Shown piece after piece: positions 62,079-64,000 of a stretch of 64,000 bases of DNA (position 1 is the first letter of the stretch; every line of letters begins with the position of its first letter). The stretch comes from Promethearchaeota archaeon (GTDB taxonomy: Archaea; Asgardarchaeota; Lokiarchaeia; Sigyniarchaeales; SOKP01), in assembly GCA_048939995.1 (NCBI GenBank), contig JBHLOY010000002.1, forward strand, positions 320,001-384,000, in the 5' to 3' direction. The notes beneath the pieces are model-generated. The model was not told the DNA's origin. It did no database searches and worked only from the letters and a program-made list of their open reading frames with translations. The position numbers were made by a program, and so were the translations under genes.

Positions 62079-63935
62079 TTAATTTTCCAGGACTGATTTT
62101 CGTAGACCAAGATATAGGAAGAAGAATCCTAAGACTAATAAGATTGTAAAGAGACCCGGAAAAAAAGATGCCCAAGGAGCCACATATAGAAATGTTCTTG
62201 CGACACTCATATCATAGCCAAGTGAAATCATTGTGGGATTAGAAAAACCTAGAAAGCCTAAACCTAATTGGATTAATATAACAAAACCAACAAATAAAGG
62301 AATGTAGGGAATAACTTTTTTCATTATATCAAATCCATTTAATCGAGTTTTAGCTATTATTAGAGTAAAAAATGGAATCAATAATAATCCAAGCCCTGTC
62401 ATAGGTATAGGAATAATCATTCCTACAATTGAACTAACGATTAATAAACCAATAATCATAGGATAGATAAAAAAGATAATCATAGATATTTCAACTGACA
62501 TTTTAAATCGTCGATTTAATAGACTCATAGGGATTCCAATTAGTAAGCCTCCTAATAACCCAATTCCAATAGGAATTAGGGAAGTTAGTAATGAACTTTG
62601 AATACCATATACAATCCTAGCGTACACATCGCGACCAAATTGCGTTGTACCTAGAGGATGTAGTGGTGATGGTGCGTTCCATGGATCAGCGTATATTCCA
62701 ATTGCATCTTCAAATGTATATGGAGTTAATATTTGAGGGAATATTGAAATCAGAAGGAAGAAAATAACAAACACTGAACCAATTATGGTTGACGGTGAGA
62801 TCAACTTCTTATAGAAATAGTGTGAGAATGTTCTAAATGAACTCTTTGTCGTATTATTTTGTCTTTTGTGTTCTTGATTAATACTTTTTTCATTATTCTC
62901 CGTAGATCCTTCTTCCTTACTTTCATTATTTGGATTTCCAAATTTTTTTTTCCCAATGTGAGGTCTGATAACTCCAAATACTATATATAGAAGATTAACA
63001 AACACAATTAGGATAATGAAAGTAATAGGGATCAAAAACATTACTGCGTTAATTACCCAATAATCAGCATACATTAATCCTTCGATTGCTAGCTCAGTAA
63101 ATCCATGTAGATTAAAAATAGTTTCGATAAATATCAGGTTAGCAAAAATTATCCCAAAAGAGATAGCAATGTTAAAAGAATTTGGAACTATTGAGCGCCT
63201 TCTAGACTTATTTTTCAAGTATATTCGAGTTAGTAATGTGACTAATGAACCAATCCCAATTGTTAAAATAGACCACGGTTGGACAAAATGATATAGATAG
63301 TCTGGTATATAATATAACTCTCCTGATAGAAGTGAATCAATAATTCGAAATCCAGTAACAAAAGAGGGATCGCCATATGAAAAGGTTTTATATCCAGTAG
63401 TGGGAAATAATGGAATTAAATAGCCAAGAAAGTATTGAAATAACATTCCAAGTAAAAACACAGGAATGGCACATCCTATAAGAGCAAGAGTTTGAAAACT
63501 TCTATCTAGCCATTTATTCTTCAGTTTAACTCCAAGATTTCCAAATAAAAGCCCTAAAGTAGTCCCAACTAACAAAGGTAGCAAGAGAAGATCAATTGTT
63601 CTTGGCAGATTTGTTTTAATCATAAAAGAAACATCCGCACCATGAGCAATAGATAAAGAAATTCCCCAGTTTCCAGTAAACATTCTAAAAAGGTACATAA
63701 TGAATTGTTCATAAAGAGGTCTATCAAATCCTAATTGGTGATACATTTGATCATATTCTGCAGGTGTAAATGGAGTAGGAAGATACGCTAGTACAGGATC
63801 TCCGGGTAAAAATCTTGAAATTAGAAACGAGAGCACTAATACTAGAAAATACAGTACTAATCCGATAGTGAAAGTGTAAATTAGGTTTAGGTAAACTTTT
63901 GGTATCTTGGCATAAGTTCTATTAATATCTTGCAT
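62079..63935 (-). CDS. fused DppB-DppC-like ABC permease (paralog of 58632..60509)
   Basis: LPGDP, GFDRPLYEQF, HPLGTTQFGRDVYARIVYG. Confidence 0.88.
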   Translation of the reverse strand: MQDINRTYAKIPKVYLNLIYTFTIGLVLYFLVLVLSFLISRFLPGDPVLAYLPTPFTPAEYDQMYHQLGFDRPLYEQFIMYLFRMFTGNWGISLSIAHGADVSFMIKTNLPRTIDLLLLPLLVGTTLGLLFGNLGVKLKNKWLDRSFQTLALIGCAIPVFLLGMLFQYFLGYLIPLFPTTGYKTFSYGDPSFVTGFRIIDSLLSGELYYIPDYLYHFVQPWSILTIGIGSLVTLLTRIYLKNKSRRRSIVPNSFNIAISFGIIFANLIFIETIFNLHGFTELAIEGLMYADYWVINAVMFLIPITFIILIVFVNLLYIVFGVIRPHIGKKKFGNPNNESKEEGSTENNEKSINQEHKRQNNTTKSSFRTFSHYFYKKLISPSTIIGSVFVIFFLLISIFPQILTPYTFEDAIGIYADPWNAPSPLHPLGTTQFGRDVYARIVYGIQSSLLTSLIPIGIGLLGGLLIGIPMSLLNRRFKMSVEISMIIFFIYPMIIGLLIVSSIVGMIIPIPMTGLGLLLIPFFTLIIAKTRLNGFDIMKKVIPYIPLFVGFVILIQLGLGFLGFSNPTMISLGYDMSVARTFLYVAPWASFFPGLFTILLVLGFFFLYLGLRKSVLEN

Positions 63936-64000
63936 GATATATTTAAACTATAATTATTTTTGGATTTTCTTAATATTATAAGTATGAAGATAGGATATAT

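Overview
AT-rich archaeal chromosome segment, most likely an Asgard archaeon of the Lokiarchaeia type (inferred from a Rag/Arf-like small GTPase, longin/uDENN-like domains, TPR-longin and DUF2341-LamG surface proteins, archaeal-type ProRS, FwdA and an intron-containing tRNA). The left third is a cysteine/sulfur neighbourhood (class-V aminotransferase, cysE, cysK, tRNA-Cys, cysS, ThiI-like enzyme, two Lrp regulators). It is interleaved with a putative operon of ArsR, a Rag-like GTPase, a MASE3/PAS histidine kinase and a REC-longin response regulator. The middle holds accessory membrane and surface genes, including a multipass TIR protein, a C13-like protease and a 3009-aa LamG surface protein with a cytoplasmic uDENN/longin-like domain. 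Top finding: fwdA (56677-58428, minus) looks split by a stop codon but is interrupted by a 30-nt insertion (57423-57452) that folds into a canonical bulge-helix-bulge motif. Cleavage at the standard positions restores the conserved GDGPW|EF frame, so this is a candidate archaeal mRNA intron in a central C1-metabolism gene. Just downstream lie a decayed LAGLIDADG endonuclease and a diverged duplicate of the fwdA 3' end, suggesting a homing-type history. All calls are made by eye from motifs; no database searches were run.
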